Below, one piece after another: positions 32,601-42,900 of a DNA stretch of 52,246 bases. Origin of the DNA: a virus; the IMG/VR virus record IMGVR_UViG_3300038428_000302. One strand, 5' to 3'. The notes under the pieces were generated by a model. The model ran no database searches. It saw only the letters and a list, made by a program, of their open reading frames with translations, and had not been told where the DNA came from. The stretch's first letter is position 1. Each line of letters starts with the position of its first letter. The position numbers and the translations under genes are program-made.

Positions 32601-32875
32601 CGCCGACCGTCGCCACGCCGACGCCCGCCAACAACGCGGGGACATATTTCGATTACACAAACAGGGCGTTGTATTTCTGGAATCCGGCGGGTTATTGGGG
32701 TAGCGATACAACCGCAATCGGCAGCGGTGTGATTGCAACTTCGCTCGGTTCGGACTACATTTCGGGGCATGGAGTTCCGCTAACACAGAAACCGGCGAAT
32801 GGGGCTGGCATTTATTACGACTTGGACACCCTGACGGTGTATAACTGGAATCCCATCACACAAACTTGGCTATGA
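29624..32875 (+). CDS. Large virion structural protein (1083 aa), possibly a tail tubular/nozzle-type protein, with three C-terminal YWD..Y.WN..W repeats
   Basis: The ATG at 29624 is preferred (the track uses the TTG at 29621). The N-terminus GGIDGGVDPHLLKKDKLAWAVNSTVRGGFIGPMPK resembles N-termini of podovirus tail-tube proteins (weak, from memory). First gene of the structural block. Confidence 0.45.
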   Translation: MARGATKSVFLKDFLGNFLGGIDGGVDPHLLKKDKLAWAVNSTVRGGFIGPMPKILSYNFSDGGIPVIGGSAAVSYFVQNGVFQGATPQAYQPHASSILPGPTFFALISGRLFGFTPDFSVSIAGAYVASPGMIAVVEYTPTVSGSSPVQADLNSATAPQAWLDQAENYLIVQDGTTPNPLVFDGNKSFRSYSLQQVVGTFSNGTALVAPVSGGVIVATVTTDITTIDPKFFNIPVALYAPSGGIAVGISPVTPAYAGGQYIGQMALTIVPPMTGGALLSSAATGTVKTGDTIFLQNSNYPISNPTINIGGSYPIAYSPNPTVNTADANNAQNTTGFVSGSLVAVATVAQWAAVVGSPYGSPLQPTGQTAQVTSNSITPSMIAAGSFTIPLPSDPYGSNSQITAITLQYQTQATVPVVSYAPIGTIGGTGLTYSFPNTALAVVLSGGASYPTTSTQGATVFVGSNTTIPAANLQCTIDSPSTATTYYLTNNSVVAGIVLQNVVVQTVIGIPCGKAWTYCQGRIWTSLPNGTQFVAGDAVGSSSGTAANGFLDAILYTMQNTLLSNGGTFSIPGNYGTIRALVVAPTMNVQLGQGPLQVFTTQSVFSVSAPADMTTWPSLTTPIVTVSLIGAGGLSQWSTIPVNGDILFRAPDGIRSMTIASLDFYKWNSTPCSQEVHLALDSDNPSLINFCSAIQFDNRVIFGCSPVSGINGAYFQNAAVMNLDAVSNLQNKSPAVWEGEWTGLNTLQWMTGIFGNKVRCFSFTSNGTTIGFSELLMTADGQDITGTTTTTWQFESSVLFGRNESAGEYDLLRLEDGEVYVQNIIGQVGFMVEFRPDYDTLWHPWYSWSVDNTKGNVPYAVRMGLGNPIGGASVSGTQYRDGYDFQVRVTVVGSCNFMGLAEKASVVPQSEFARPIIPIPPTPPTPPAVLLKQMFAASGAPTTQNPGNLAGIYWDVLDEEFYLWLGTQWDTGITPTGSFVICTGRQAFAGSGAPTVATPTPANNAGTYFDYTNRALYFWNPAGYWGSDTTAIGSGVIATSLGSDYISGHGVPLTQKPANGAGIYYDLDTLTVYNWNPITQTWL

Positions 32876-34689
32876 AAAAGTTTCTCATAACGGCGGCGTT
32901 GCTGCTCGGCCTTCGGCTTGGCGCGACACAGTTTTATTACAACCCGTTCACCACGAACGACCCTTACGACGCGCTGAATCTGGCGACGAATATCGCTACG
33001 GGCGCAATTCAAGGCAGCATCACCGCATCGCTTTCACCGGGAGTCATCGAAGCCGCTGGCGGTCTGGACACGAACAACTACGCTAATTATGCGGACACCA
33101 ACGGCGCGGCGGCTTACTTATACAGTCAGGCGACGAATTACGCCGCAACCAACCTTCCGGCGAATCTTGTGACCAGTAACCAGCTTGTAGTGGCGACCAA
33201 TGCGCTCGTCACAAACGAAATCGCCGCGTTCAATACCGCAACAAACGGGCTGGTAACAGCTTCCGTGACCAATGGCCTTGCTTCAACCAACTATGTGAAC
33301 GCGGCAACAAATGGTTTTGTAACAGCGGCCATCATAAGCGGACTTGCTTCATTGACGGCGGTTACAAATGAAGCCAACGCGGTTTATTCAAACAATCCGT
33401 CCAGCTACTTGACCCCATCAGCTACAAACAACATCACGGCTTTTGGAAGCAATGTTGTCACGCAAATTCAAAACGGCCAAGGCATCGTCGTTGCATCTTA
33501 TTCGTCTGCATCGGGCATCACGGTTTCATTGACGGCGACCGGCACGAACAATGTCAATGTGACAAACTTAAATGCAACCAGTCTCGCTTCGTATGGCGCA
33601 CTGACGACTAATTCCTCGTCTTGGTCAGCTTATGTTGCTCCGATCAACGATTACACCAATGCAAAGCAATACACGAATGGCCTGTTGCCTGCCGCAACCG
33701 CAGCGGCTACTTATCAGCCAGTTGGGACTTACTTGACCTCAAGCAACAATCTCAACTACAACAATGTCACCAATCAACCGGCCATCCCCACAACGAACGG
33801 TTTTGTAACAGCGGCCATCATAAGCGGATTGGCGACGACGAACTATGTGAACGCGGCAACAAATGGTTTTGTAACAGCGGCCATCATAAGCGGATTGGCG
33901 ACGACGAACTATGTGAACGCGGCAACAAATGGTTTTGTAACAGCGGCCATCATAAGCGGATTGGCGACGACCAACTGGGTGCTTGCACAAAATTACACCA
34001 ACGCCGGTATTTTGAGCAACTACACCACACTGAACTCCCTGAGTAATTCTTTGAACTCTTTAATCACGTCAACGGGTTTGAATTCGGAAAGTAATTCGTT
34101 GCAGACGCAGATTTCATCCAACGCAACCGCCATCACCCAGACATGGCCTATCAGCCAACCGTTTGTCGGTGTTATCGCTCTTTCATCCAATATGACAGTT
34201 TCATTCGTGACCAACGCCGGGGTTATCACAGCCACCCTCGGTTCTTATGGCGGAGCAGTTACCGGCTTTCAACCAGCCAGCGCGAATCTCACGAACTGGT
34301 CTGGTGTTCCAACAAACACGATTTTGCTCACCACGAATGTTGTGACTTCGATTACACAAAACACAGGCGCAACAGTTCAAGGTAGCACAAACGCCAACGG
34401 AATAACTTACACCATCGGTTCGGGTGTTGACCAGACTTCGGTGGCATGGCAATCAGGAACATTCATTACGCCCGCGCACGGAACTCAAATACAACAGTAT
34501 TTTTCACACGGACTGGCGTGTTCTGCTCCATCGCTCATGGTTTATTACAATGGGACAGGCTATTCAAGTGGTGGCAACATTTCTTTGGCGTTCACTTATG
34601 TTTCGTCATCTTCATGCTACTTCACCTTCACCGACAATGGGACAATACCAACAAACGTAACGGTGACGGTCATTGCCTTTTGCGAATGA
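32872..34689 (+). CDS. Tail fibre protein 1 (605 aa) with N-terminal signal-peptide-like segment
   Basis: The ATG at 32872 forms an ATGA overlap with the upstream stop. N-terminus MKKFLITAALLLGLRLGAT/Q. Repeats TNGFVTAAIISGLATTNYVNAA. Collinear paralog of 34686..37100. Confidence 0.7.
   Translation: MKKFLITAALLLGLRLGATQFYYNPFTTNDPYDALNLATNIATGAIQGSITASLSPGVIEAAGGLDTNNYANYADTNGAAAYLYSQATNYAATNLPANLVTSNQLVVATNALVTNEIAAFNTATNGLVTASVTNGLASTNYVNAATNGFVTAAIISGLASLTAVTNEANAVYSNNPSSYLTPSATNNITAFGSNVVTQIQNGQGIVVASYSSASGITVSLTATGTNNVNVTNLNATSLASYGALTTNSSSWSAYVAPINDYTNAKQYTNGLLPAATAAATYQPVGTYLTSSNNLNYNNVTNQPAIPTTNGFVTAAIISGLATTNYVNAATNGFVTAAIISGLATTNYVNAATNGFVTAAIISGLATTNWVLAQNYTNAGILSNYTTLNSLSNSLNSLITSTGLNSESNSLQTQISSNATAITQTWPISQPFVGVIALSSNMTVSFVTNAGVITATLGSYGGAVTGFQPASANLTNWSGVPTNTILLTTNVVTSITQNTGATVQGSTNANGITYTIGSGVDQTSVAWQSGTFITPAHGTQIQQYFSHGLACSAPSLMVYYNGTGYSSGGNISLAFTYVSSSSCYFTFTDNGTIPTNVTVTVIAFCE
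33799..33970 (+). repeat. 66-nt tandem repeat, about 2.6 copies (22-aa unit), plus a diverged copy near 33290-33350
   Basis: Unit boundaries at 33799, 33865 and 33931, read directly. In frame. Confidence 0.9.
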
Positions 34690-37100
34690 AAAACATAGCC
34701 CAAATTTGTCTTACCATTTTTTGTCTAGCCATCTTTTGTCCAAAGGCTTTGGCGCAGACGCCCATTGGCATCAAGCAAAATACATTCACGACCAACAAAG
34801 ACCCTTCGTTTGCCATCACTGGGGCGGCAAATGGTGTTTTGCAGCAGCAACAAGGACAAGGACAGCAATACTATGTTGTGTCAGGTGCGGGTGAATCATT
34901 GGCAAATGGGAATTATTATTTACAGTCCACTAATCCTCTTGTTTATACCAATCAGTATTACGAAATTCAAGAAACAGTGCCGTTTGAAAACGTCATACCT
35001 GCGGGGTCTTATTATTCTGTCCGCCAGTTTTACTTAGGTCAATTTTTACAAGTCAACACGACCTACACAATTACCTTCGGAACAAACGACGATTGCCTTC
35101 TTGGTTACGGTTTATGCGCCCCCGGAACATTCCAATTCGTTACAGGCGGAGACGCTTCTGTCCTTCCCTCTGTAGAGCTTCAACCCGTTACTAGCTTTTC
35201 TCTTGTTACCGCAATAGTTTATACTACATCAAGGAGTTATGCTATCAGAGGACGTGCAACTACCCGCGTAGAAATATATGTTTCTACCAACATGATAAAC
35301 TGGCAAACACTTCACGTTGCAGCCCCGCCAGCCCCAACCGTCACACTTGCTAATTCCGCTGCGGCCTCATACATCACCGAATCTCTGTTGCAAAATGCTG
35401 GCGGGTTGACCATCAGCAATTTCTCTCAATACGCGGACACCAACGGCGAAGCCTCCAATGTTTTCCAGACACTACCCCCGCCGTCGAACACCAACTTGGC
35501 CACACAGACTCAGTTGCTTTTGTCGTCAAATGGGGTTGCTTCACAAACAACAAGCCTTGTTGCGTCAGCGTCGAGCTTTGTTGGCGGCACGATCACCAAC
35601 GGGCTTGCCTCAACTCAATACGTCATCACGGCTACGAATGGAATGGTGAAAGCCGCAGTCACAAACGGCCTTGCGACTGGGGTTGCCATGACAAACATTG
35701 TCAACAACAGCTACTCAAATAATCCATCAAAATATATCACATCATCCGCCGTCAGTAACATGACCGCGCTCGGTAGCGGCGTAATCACACTCATCACCAA
35801 CGGCGGTGGTTTGTTGGTTTCGTCGAACTTGTCGGCGGGCGGTTACTCTTATTCCGTTGGCCTTGATCCTGCGGCGACCAACATCACCTACATAACCAAC
35901 CTCTATGCAATTACGCTGGCGCAATGGGGCGCGTTCACCACAAACGCAAACACATGGGCGACTTATCTGGCGGCCATCAACGATTACACCAATGCGAAAG
36001 CCTTTACCAACGGTTTGATACTATCTTCGGTTGCAGCTTCAACATATAATCTTTTGGGGAATTATTTAACTACGACCAGCAATCTGAACTATTCAAAATT
36101 CACTAATGCGCCGGTGATTCCAGCCACCAATGGTTTCGTCACATCGTCCATTACGAACGGTCTGGCGACCATTGCTTATGTGAACACGGCAACAAATGGT
36201 TTTGCTACACAGAGCATCACGAACGGATTGGCGACGACGAACTATGTGAACACTGCGACAAACGGAGCCGTCACAAGCGCGATAACAAACGGCCTTGCGA
36301 CTATTGCTTTTGTGACGAACCAGAATTATTTGCAGTCGTCCAATGTGGCGGCGTATTACGCCACAACCTCATCCGTCATATCCGCTATTGCGCCGTATGC
36401 GACCATTACCACGCTAAACGCTTCGAGCAATTATCTGACTTTGGCAAACACCACCAACGTCAACACCATCGCGCTTCATTGGGGAACGAATCAGGCACTC
36501 GTAGGAAGTGTCACCGTGAACTCGAATATGACGGCAAGTTTTGCGACGAATGGCGGGGTGATAACCGTTACGCTCGGTTCCACGACAAATCTTTACGCTT
36601 CCAGCACGGCAGGATTACAGCCCAAATCAGGAAATCTCACGAACTGGTCAACTATTTCCACAAACCAGATTCTTTTCACACCAAACTTGGTCACAACACT
36701 CGTCGCGGGAAACAATGTCGCTATTACCTACACAACCAATAGCAGCGGCGTTCACGCGACAGTCAATGCTTACTATCAATACAATTCTCCAGTTCAAGCG
36801 GTGTCGGGGTATATCGGAGGGGTTACTGGTTCTCCTTACGGCTTTGTTAGTCTTACCACAGGAAATAGTTCTTACTCTAGTCCGAGTTGGAGTGCGCTTC
36901 CAGCAACTCCGAATGATTGCAAGATTTACAACTCATCAAGCGGAGCTATTATTTATAGTAGCAGCAATGGAGTGGTACTATTGAATTCAACTGTGTTGAC
37001 AAATATAACATTTACGGCGACTGGTTGTTGGGCCACAACCATATACATAACAAACACTGTGATTTCTCAAAATGTGAACATTATCGCAATATGCCATTAG
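34686..37100 (+). CDS. Tail fibre protein 2 (804 aa) with N-terminal signal peptide
   Basis: Start at the ATG at 34686 (ATGA overlap). N-terminus MKNIAQICLTIFCLAIFCPKALA/Q. Shares ordered motifs with fibre 1 (SNNPS.Y.T, INDYTNAK.(F/Y)TNGL, LNY..(V/F)TN.P.IP.TNGFVT..I.(S/N)GLAT, C-terminal IA(I/F)C). Confidence 0.7.
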   Translation: MKNIAQICLTIFCLAIFCPKALAQTPIGIKQNTFTTNKDPSFAITGAANGVLQQQQGQGQQYYVVSGAGESLANGNYYLQSTNPLVYTNQYYEIQETVPFENVIPAGSYYSVRQFYLGQFLQVNTTYTITFGTNDDCLLGYGLCAPGTFQFVTGGDASVLPSVELQPVTSFSLVTAIVYTTSRSYAIRGRATTRVEIYVSTNMINWQTLHVAAPPAPTVTLANSAAASYITESLLQNAGGLTISNFSQYADTNGEASNVFQTLPPPSNTNLATQTQLLLSSNGVASQTTSLVASASSFVGGTITNGLASTQYVITATNGMVKAAVTNGLATGVAMTNIVNNSYSNNPSKYITSSAVSNMTALGSGVITLITNGGGLLVSSNLSAGGYSYSVGLDPAATNITYITNLYAITLAQWGAFTTNANTWATYLAAINDYTNAKAFTNGLILSSVAASTYNLLGNYLTTTSNLNYSKFTNAPVIPATNGFVTSSITNGLATIAYVNTATNGFATQSITNGLATTNYVNTATNGAVTSAITNGLATIAFVTNQNYLQSSNVAAYYATTSSVISAIAPYATITTLNASSNYLTLANTTNVNTIALHWGTNQALVGSVTVNSNMTASFATNGGVITVTLGSTTNLYASSTAGLQPKSGNLTNWSTISTNQILFTPNLVTTLVAGNNVAITYTTNSSGVHATVNAYYQYNSPVQAVSGYIGGVTGSPYGFVSLTTGNSSYSSPSWSALPATPNDCKIYNSSSGAIIYSSSNGVVLLNSTVLTNITFTATGCWATTIYITNTVISQNVNIIAICH

Positions 37101-37104
37101 AAAT

Positions 37105-38100
37105 ATGCTTTTAACAATGGGACAAGTTAAGTTGGGGCCGGTTGGCCGGTCATGCGGCATCGCCACCACATCGCCCGCCTTTGTTGAGTATGTCAACGAC
37201 GCAACGCGCCAGTTGATCACGCGCGGCAACTGGTGGGCGACTGTGCAGCCGATGATTGTGACCGTAGTTTGGTCGCCGCATCCCGTCCTGATTTGCCCGC
37301 GCGAAATCGAGTCCATTCTTGCCGTCAATGAGCGGTATCATGCCGAAGTCAAAAACTTTTGGTATAAATTCGTCCCGTGGAACGACGAATTCAGGCATTG
37401 GTTCAATGAATTTACAGGCGGCAACTTCGGCGGGGAACATCACCATCACAAACGGGTTGCTTACAACATCGGCACAACGCCTGTCACCAGCCAGATCAAC
37501 CCGACCAAACCGATGTATGTGCGGGCGACATCAAACAACGTGCTTGATGTTGGCATCAATGTTACAATTTTCGGAGTTGATGGAAGCGGCAACCCGGCAC
37601 AAGCGACATTGGTTCTAGCTATTCCACCGGGACAGACTTATCCCATGAACGTGTCGAACGTCCAATTCGGCCAGATTCAGCGTGTGGTCAAGGATTTATC
37701 CAACGGTTACATCACCTGCCAGCAGGATGATAACAACGGCAACCTGTTGCCATTGTCAATTTACCAGCCATCAGAGCAGACGCCGGAATATACCGTGATG
37801 CGACTGGACGGGTTCGGACATCTTCACCATCCATTGCCGTTCATATCAGTCGTTGCGAAGCTGGCTTTCATTCCGGCGTTGGCCGACACGGACAATGTGC
37901 TGATCGAAAATCAAGATGCGTTGCGTGACATGGTTTTGTCCATCCGCAAAAAAGAGGCTGGGGACGTTGCTGGTGCGGCGCAGTATGAGTCATCGGCCAT
38001 CCATGAATTGAATCGGGACATGGAAACGCGGTTCCCGGACGAACAATTTGTCGTGGAATACTTTCAAAACTCAACACCGCAACGAAGAAGGATTTTTTAA
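37105..38100 (+). CDS. Virion structural protein (331 aa), function unknown
   Basis: ORF in the structural block, no motif recognised. Confidence 0.55.
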   Translation: MLLTMGQVKLGPVGRSCGIATTSPAFVEYVNDATRQLITRGNWWATVQPMIVTVVWSPHPVLICPREIESILAVNERYHAEVKNFWYKFVPWNDEFRHWFNEFTGGNFGGEHHHHKRVAYNIGTTPVTSQINPTKPMYVRATSNNVLDVGINVTIFGVDGSGNPAQATLVLAIPPGQTYPMNVSNVQFGQIQRVVKDLSNGYITCQQDDNNGNLLPLSIYQPSEQTPEYTVMRLDGFGHLHHPLPFISVVAKLAFIPALADTDNVLIENQDALRDMVLSIRKKEAGDVAGAAQYESSAIHELNRDMETRFPDEQFVVEYFQNSTPQRRRIF

Positions 38101-38102
38101 TT

Positions 38103-39143
38103 ATGCCAGCACAAGCTCCGATTTACGATTTCAACGGTCTTATCACCGGCTACACCAACAGTCCAGCCCCAACGACCGGAGCCTACAATCCGGGCAGTTG
38201 GGAAGATGCTATTGCTGCTGCGGGTTCTTATGGAAGCATCGCAGGACAAGAGATTATGAGTCAGTTCGGGAATCCCTCTGCTGGAACGAACGGATTTAAT
38301 CCTGCGTCCGGCACGGGCAGTTATTTCAATGGCGCCGCGGGCGGCATTGGCGGTGATTATGGTGGCGGTTCGACAGGCACAGGCACTTCCGGCGGCGGAA
38401 CAACTGCATTCAGTTTGAATCCGACGCCGACTGAAGGTGGTGGAACGACATTCGGTCAAGTTCCCGGCGCACTCGGCATACCACCGTCAGTCTGGGAACA
38501 GGAACAGAACATTCCTGGTATGCCGGCGGCGGTCACGTCGAACATGGGGAACATCAATTCAGAGTTGGCCGGAACTCTGTCACCAACCACAACCGAGAAT
38601 CTTGAAAACTCTGCTGCGGCGCGCGGTCTTACTTTGGGGCAGGGCGGAAACACCGGCTTGGTCAATGAATCACTTTTGAAAACGCTTGGGTTGACGCAGG
38701 AAGAATTGCAACAGGCCGGGGCGACAAATCTCAACCAGTTCCTTTCGACCAGTGGAGGGATGCAGACGAGTCAGGATTTGGCTGCAACGATTGCTGACAG
38801 CAACGCAAAAAATGCTGCGGCTGCAAACCCAACACTCGCGGCATGGGAAGCTGTCGCACTTGGTCAAGGTATTGGTTCGTCCAGTTCCAGTCCGAGTTCA
38901 GCTACTCAAAAAAATAGTGGTTACAGCCCAACAAATTCAGGTGCAAACACGGGCTATGCCGCGTTGCTGCAACAGATGCTTGCGGGATATAGCCCAACAT
39001 CGTCAGACAGCAATCCGGCAGACTACATACAGCAAAATATGTATTCCGGCGATAACTCTTATGCGTCATCGAATCCAACACTCGGCTCGGACATAACATC
39101 GGCTTTGTATAACAATGACCCGGAATCACTTTACGGTTATTAA
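38103..39143 (+). CDS. Gly/Ser/Thr/Ala-rich low-complexity protein (346 aa), possible internal virion protein
   Basis: Composition. AAGGA lies 12 nt upstream of the ATG. Located in the structural block. Confidence 0.55.
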   Translation: MPAQAPIYDFNGLITGYTNSPAPTTGAYNPGSWEDAIAAAGSYGSIAGQEIMSQFGNPSAGTNGFNPASGTGSYFNGAAGGIGGDYGGGSTGTGTSGGGTTAFSLNPTPTEGGGTTFGQVPGALGIPPSVWEQEQNIPGMPAAVTSNMGNINSELAGTLSPTTTENLENSAAARGLTLGQGGNTGLVNESLLKTLGLTQEELQQAGATNLNQFLSTSGGMQTSQDLAATIADSNAKNAAAANPTLAAWEAVALGQGIGSSSSSPSSATQKNSGYSPTNSGANTGYAALLQQMLAGYSPTSSDSNPADYIQQNMYSGDNSYASSNPTLGSDITSALYNNDPESLYGY

Positions 39144-39152
39144 CATAATTTT

Positions 39153-39914
39153 ATGGCACTAGGACAACTCGCGCCTTGGCTCAATATCAACACTCAAGAA
39201 TGGGGTAATCTTGCCGCTCGTGGAGCGCAGCTTGACATCGAACGCCAACGGCTTGCCGATGAAGTTCAACAACGAAAAGCGGCATCTGCTTTGCAGCGGG
39301 ATCGTTTTCAGTTGGACACTCAAAATGCCCAAACTCGAAACGACCAACTGGCTGCGGGGATGGCACTCAGGTTGGCACAAATGAAACAGGCTGGGTTACT
39401 AGGTCAGGAAAAAATTGACCAGAGCGGCCAACTTGGAAATGCGCGGCTAGGTTTGACAGCAAATCGAGATGCGGACACGGCTGACTATCATCAAGGTATT
39501 CTCGACAACCAGGAGGACAGAAACCAGACCGCCAAAGACATGCTGGCTTTGAAGCAAAAACAGGAGGAAGAAAAAATCCTCACCACAATGTCCCCGGAAG
39601 ATAAGGCAAATGAGAGTCTGCTTCGTCAAAAAATAATGACTGACTACAAGGCGTATCAGACAGCCGTGACGGATAAAGACAGGGCGGCAATGCAAACGCG
39701 CCTTGACGATTACATGAATCAGCGAACGGAGATTTTCGACAGATACCGAAATAAATCCGCCGCCTCAACCTTGACGCAGGGCACGGGGACGAATCTGCCA
39801 GGAACGCCTACGGCTATTCCCTACACAAAAGGCTTGAAGCCGGTGAAAGATCAGTTGTATTCCATTAAGGGTAAAACCTATTCATGGGATGGAACGCAGT
39901 TCATCGAGCAATGA
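39153..39914 (+). CDS. Gln-rich coiled-coil protein (253 aa), possible internal virion protein
   Basis: Heptad-like, Q/R/D-rich sequence in the structural block. Confidence 0.55.
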   Translation: MALGQLAPWLNINTQEWGNLAARGAQLDIERQRLADEVQQRKAASALQRDRFQLDTQNAQTRNDQLAAGMALRLAQMKQAGLLGQEKIDQSGQLGNARLGLTANRDADTADYHQGILDNQEDRNQTAKDMLALKQKQEEEKILTTMSPEDKANESLLRQKIMTDYKAYQTAVTDKDRAAMQTRLDDYMNQRTEIFDRYRNKSAASTLTQGTGTNLPGTPTAIPYTKGLKPVKDQLYSIKGKTYSWDGTQFIEQ

Positions 39915-39918
39915 CACA

Positions 39919-42900
39919 ATGCCAGCAACACTCACATTGGATGAAGCTGATGAAGCAGTTTCCGGCAGCACTCCCAAAACACTTTCGCTGGATGATGCCG
40001 ACAAACTTATTGGAAGTCCTGAACCTTCTGCCGCCGACAGTCTGAAACTGAAACCGCCGCCAGGCTTTGCAAGTTTTGAAGATTACGACAAGGCTTCAAA
40101 GGACTATGATGAAGGGCAAAAGTCATCGGATTTTCTTCGTGCTGTTGTTGATCCTCAAACTGGCGTAGTTCCTGAAATCGGGAAAGGACTTTCCCGTGAA
40201 GGAAAGATGATAACCGGCACGCTGGCGGATATTGGCACACTTCCGATTAAGACTGGCGAAAACAAATTCAGGAATCTCGAAGCTGCTACGATGGACAGGC
40301 CGATGCCAGTTGAGAGTGAAATGAAAAAGATGTCGGTTGTGGCGCGGGCGGCGTATGCGGGGACGGCTGGAACAATACAATCCACTCCACAAATGGCGGC
40401 GTTTGCAGCAGACCCGCTGCTCGGCGCAATGGCTTTCGGGACAACCCCAAACGGTTTTGATCCGAAACTGGCTGTGGTTGCCGGAGTGTTACCTGTCATT
40501 GGAAAGTATTCAGGAGCGATAACAGAAGCGATTGCAGCAAAGGCGGGTGTCACTTCCGATGTTGCGAAGGCAGCTTTGAATAAAGTTGGTGGCGCAAGCG
40601 GTGCAGCAGCAACTATTGGAGCGCAACAAGTCACTCAAATCTTTTCATTGCCAAAAGACCAACAGCGTGATGCGTGGATTGACGCCGTTGGTAATGTTGG
40701 CTCAATGTTCCTTTTGGGAACAATGGGCGAAAGACATCAACTTGGAAAAGGAGCAAAACCCGTCGCACCGCCATCTGATGAGCCGCCCTCCACCGCTGCG
40801 CCAGTTCCAGCCCAGCCGACAATCGTAGCGACAGCGGTTGATAAAGCTGGTTATGAATATGAAAAAAACTCAAATGGTGTCTGGTCAAACAAGCAAACAG
40901 GCGAGCCGGTCTTGGTAAAAGACAGCGAAGGTGTTAGAGGAACCGATTCTTGGCACTATAAAGACTTCATTGACACACTTGAAAGAAATTCAAAACCAAC
41001 CCCCACCGCCTCGCCAGTTCCGACAGAAACGAAGGTGGGGGGAGTGTTATCGGATAAAGAGGCGATATTTCAAGCGAACCAATCAAGAAATGAAGTGCTG
41101 GATGCTGCTGATAAATTCATGGACATTGACAACAATGAAGATATTCCAGCATCCAAAAAATCCACTGAAAAGTTTCTCGTTTCTGCAAAGGCGATTGAAA
41201 GCGACCTGCAAAAAATCTACTCGCCGCCAGGCGTTCAGGTCGAAGCTCGCCGAACGTCTGGTGGGTCAATTTACATCACGGCCAAGTTTCCAAATGGTGA
41301 GTCGCATCAAATCTCAATCCGTGACCATTCCAACCGAGCTTTTGCCAGCGAAGAAGATTCGCACACGATTTACGTCAAGAATGCTACGCCGGAAACGGAG
41401 CACGAATTGCAGGAAATGGATGCCTCAATCGAGGAGGCGCAAGATTGGATTGTTGCGAAGAACAACGAACTCAAATCCAAACAATCCCCCTCGCCAGTGA
41501 AGCTGGAAACGAAGGGGAAGGCAAAGTCTGAAGCCGACAGAAAAGCTAACGAAGAATTTCAGTCAAAGAATCAATCGGAACTATTTCAGCCGAAGCCGCC
41601 AGAGACGCACACACCATTGGGCGCATCAACGCCGGAAGATTTACGTTCGAGTTCAAGCACGCCTACTGGAATAAAAATCACTGCCATTGATGCACAACGA
41701 GCGGCGCGTGGTGAAGAACCGCTTTCGTCAGTTGGCCGGAGAAGTTTCAAAACTGAAGTGTGGCAGGCGGCATTGGCAAAAGTTGACAATGATCCTCAAG
41801 CTCCCGCAAAACTGGTCAACACCATGATGAGCGACCAGGTTGCGGGTGAAGTTAAGCCACTGTCGGATGGTGATGTTGCCATGCTTTTGTATCGGGAAGC
41901 CGAATTGACTTATGAGAGGTCAAGGTTGGCAAGGGAAATGGCAGTAGCCGCCGATGATGCCAGACAATTTCCAAATCGCGCAGAGGCTTTACAGCGTTTA
42001 ACGGAGCAAAAAAACCGAGTGGACGAAGATTTGAACACTCTGGAAAAAGTGATTGCGCCCGCCAAGTCGGAAACTGCACGCGGACTTGCCGCTCTACGAA
42101 ACATGGTTGGTGACAGTTACAACTTGGAATCAATGCGGTATGACTTCCAAAAGAAAACCAGCCATCCGTTGACGGAGGCGGATGAGGCTTTTATCAAAAC
42201 TGAATTTGAACGGATTGATGCCGCCGAAAAACAGAGGTTAAAAGACGAGGCTGAATATCGTGCGGCAGAGGCCGATGCGGAGGCAAATCGCGCCCGTGAA
42301 GATTTGATTGATTCAGTTGGCAGAGAACCGAAGGAAAAGGTTGAACCAGTCGAGCCGCACGTTCGGCTTGTGGCTGAAAAGCTGAAAAATTATTTCAAGA
42401 CCAATGCCGATGCCGCCCTTGAAAGAATCAGGGCGCGGCATAACGGAACGACCTCGATGTTTTCCGGTGTCCCGCTTCACCCGGAGGATTTCGATGATGC
42501 TGTGATTTTTGGCGCGAGCAAAATGTTTGAAAAGGGAATTTCAGGAGCAGAAATGTCGGCAGATTGGGCGACTGAAATGGCGTCAACTTTTGGGGACGGC
42601 ATAAAATCGCTGCTTCAAACAATTTGGGCGAAAGCAAATCAAAGTCTTGATGCAGGATTCAAAAAGATTGCCGGAGTTGGCCCCGCTGCTGAAAAGGCAA
42701 AACGTGCTACTCGTCCCAAGGTTGGTGCGCGCGATCATGTCTCCGAGAAAAAGGCCATCGTCGAAGGCATTAGGGAAGCAGTGGCGGATGGTGAAGGCGA
42801 CGTAAACATCGGTCGTTACGCAAATGCGATTGCCAAGAATTTCGTCCGCCAAGAAGTTGAAAGTGGCCGAGTTCCAAAAGACATCAAGGGCGAGGAAATT

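Noticed and set aside
40155-40634. 159-aa minus-strand ORF inside the giant virion gene
   Set aside because: It is the antisense shadow of a Gly/Ala-rich segment, with no coupling or promoter context. The plus-strand ORF is continuous for 1825 codons.
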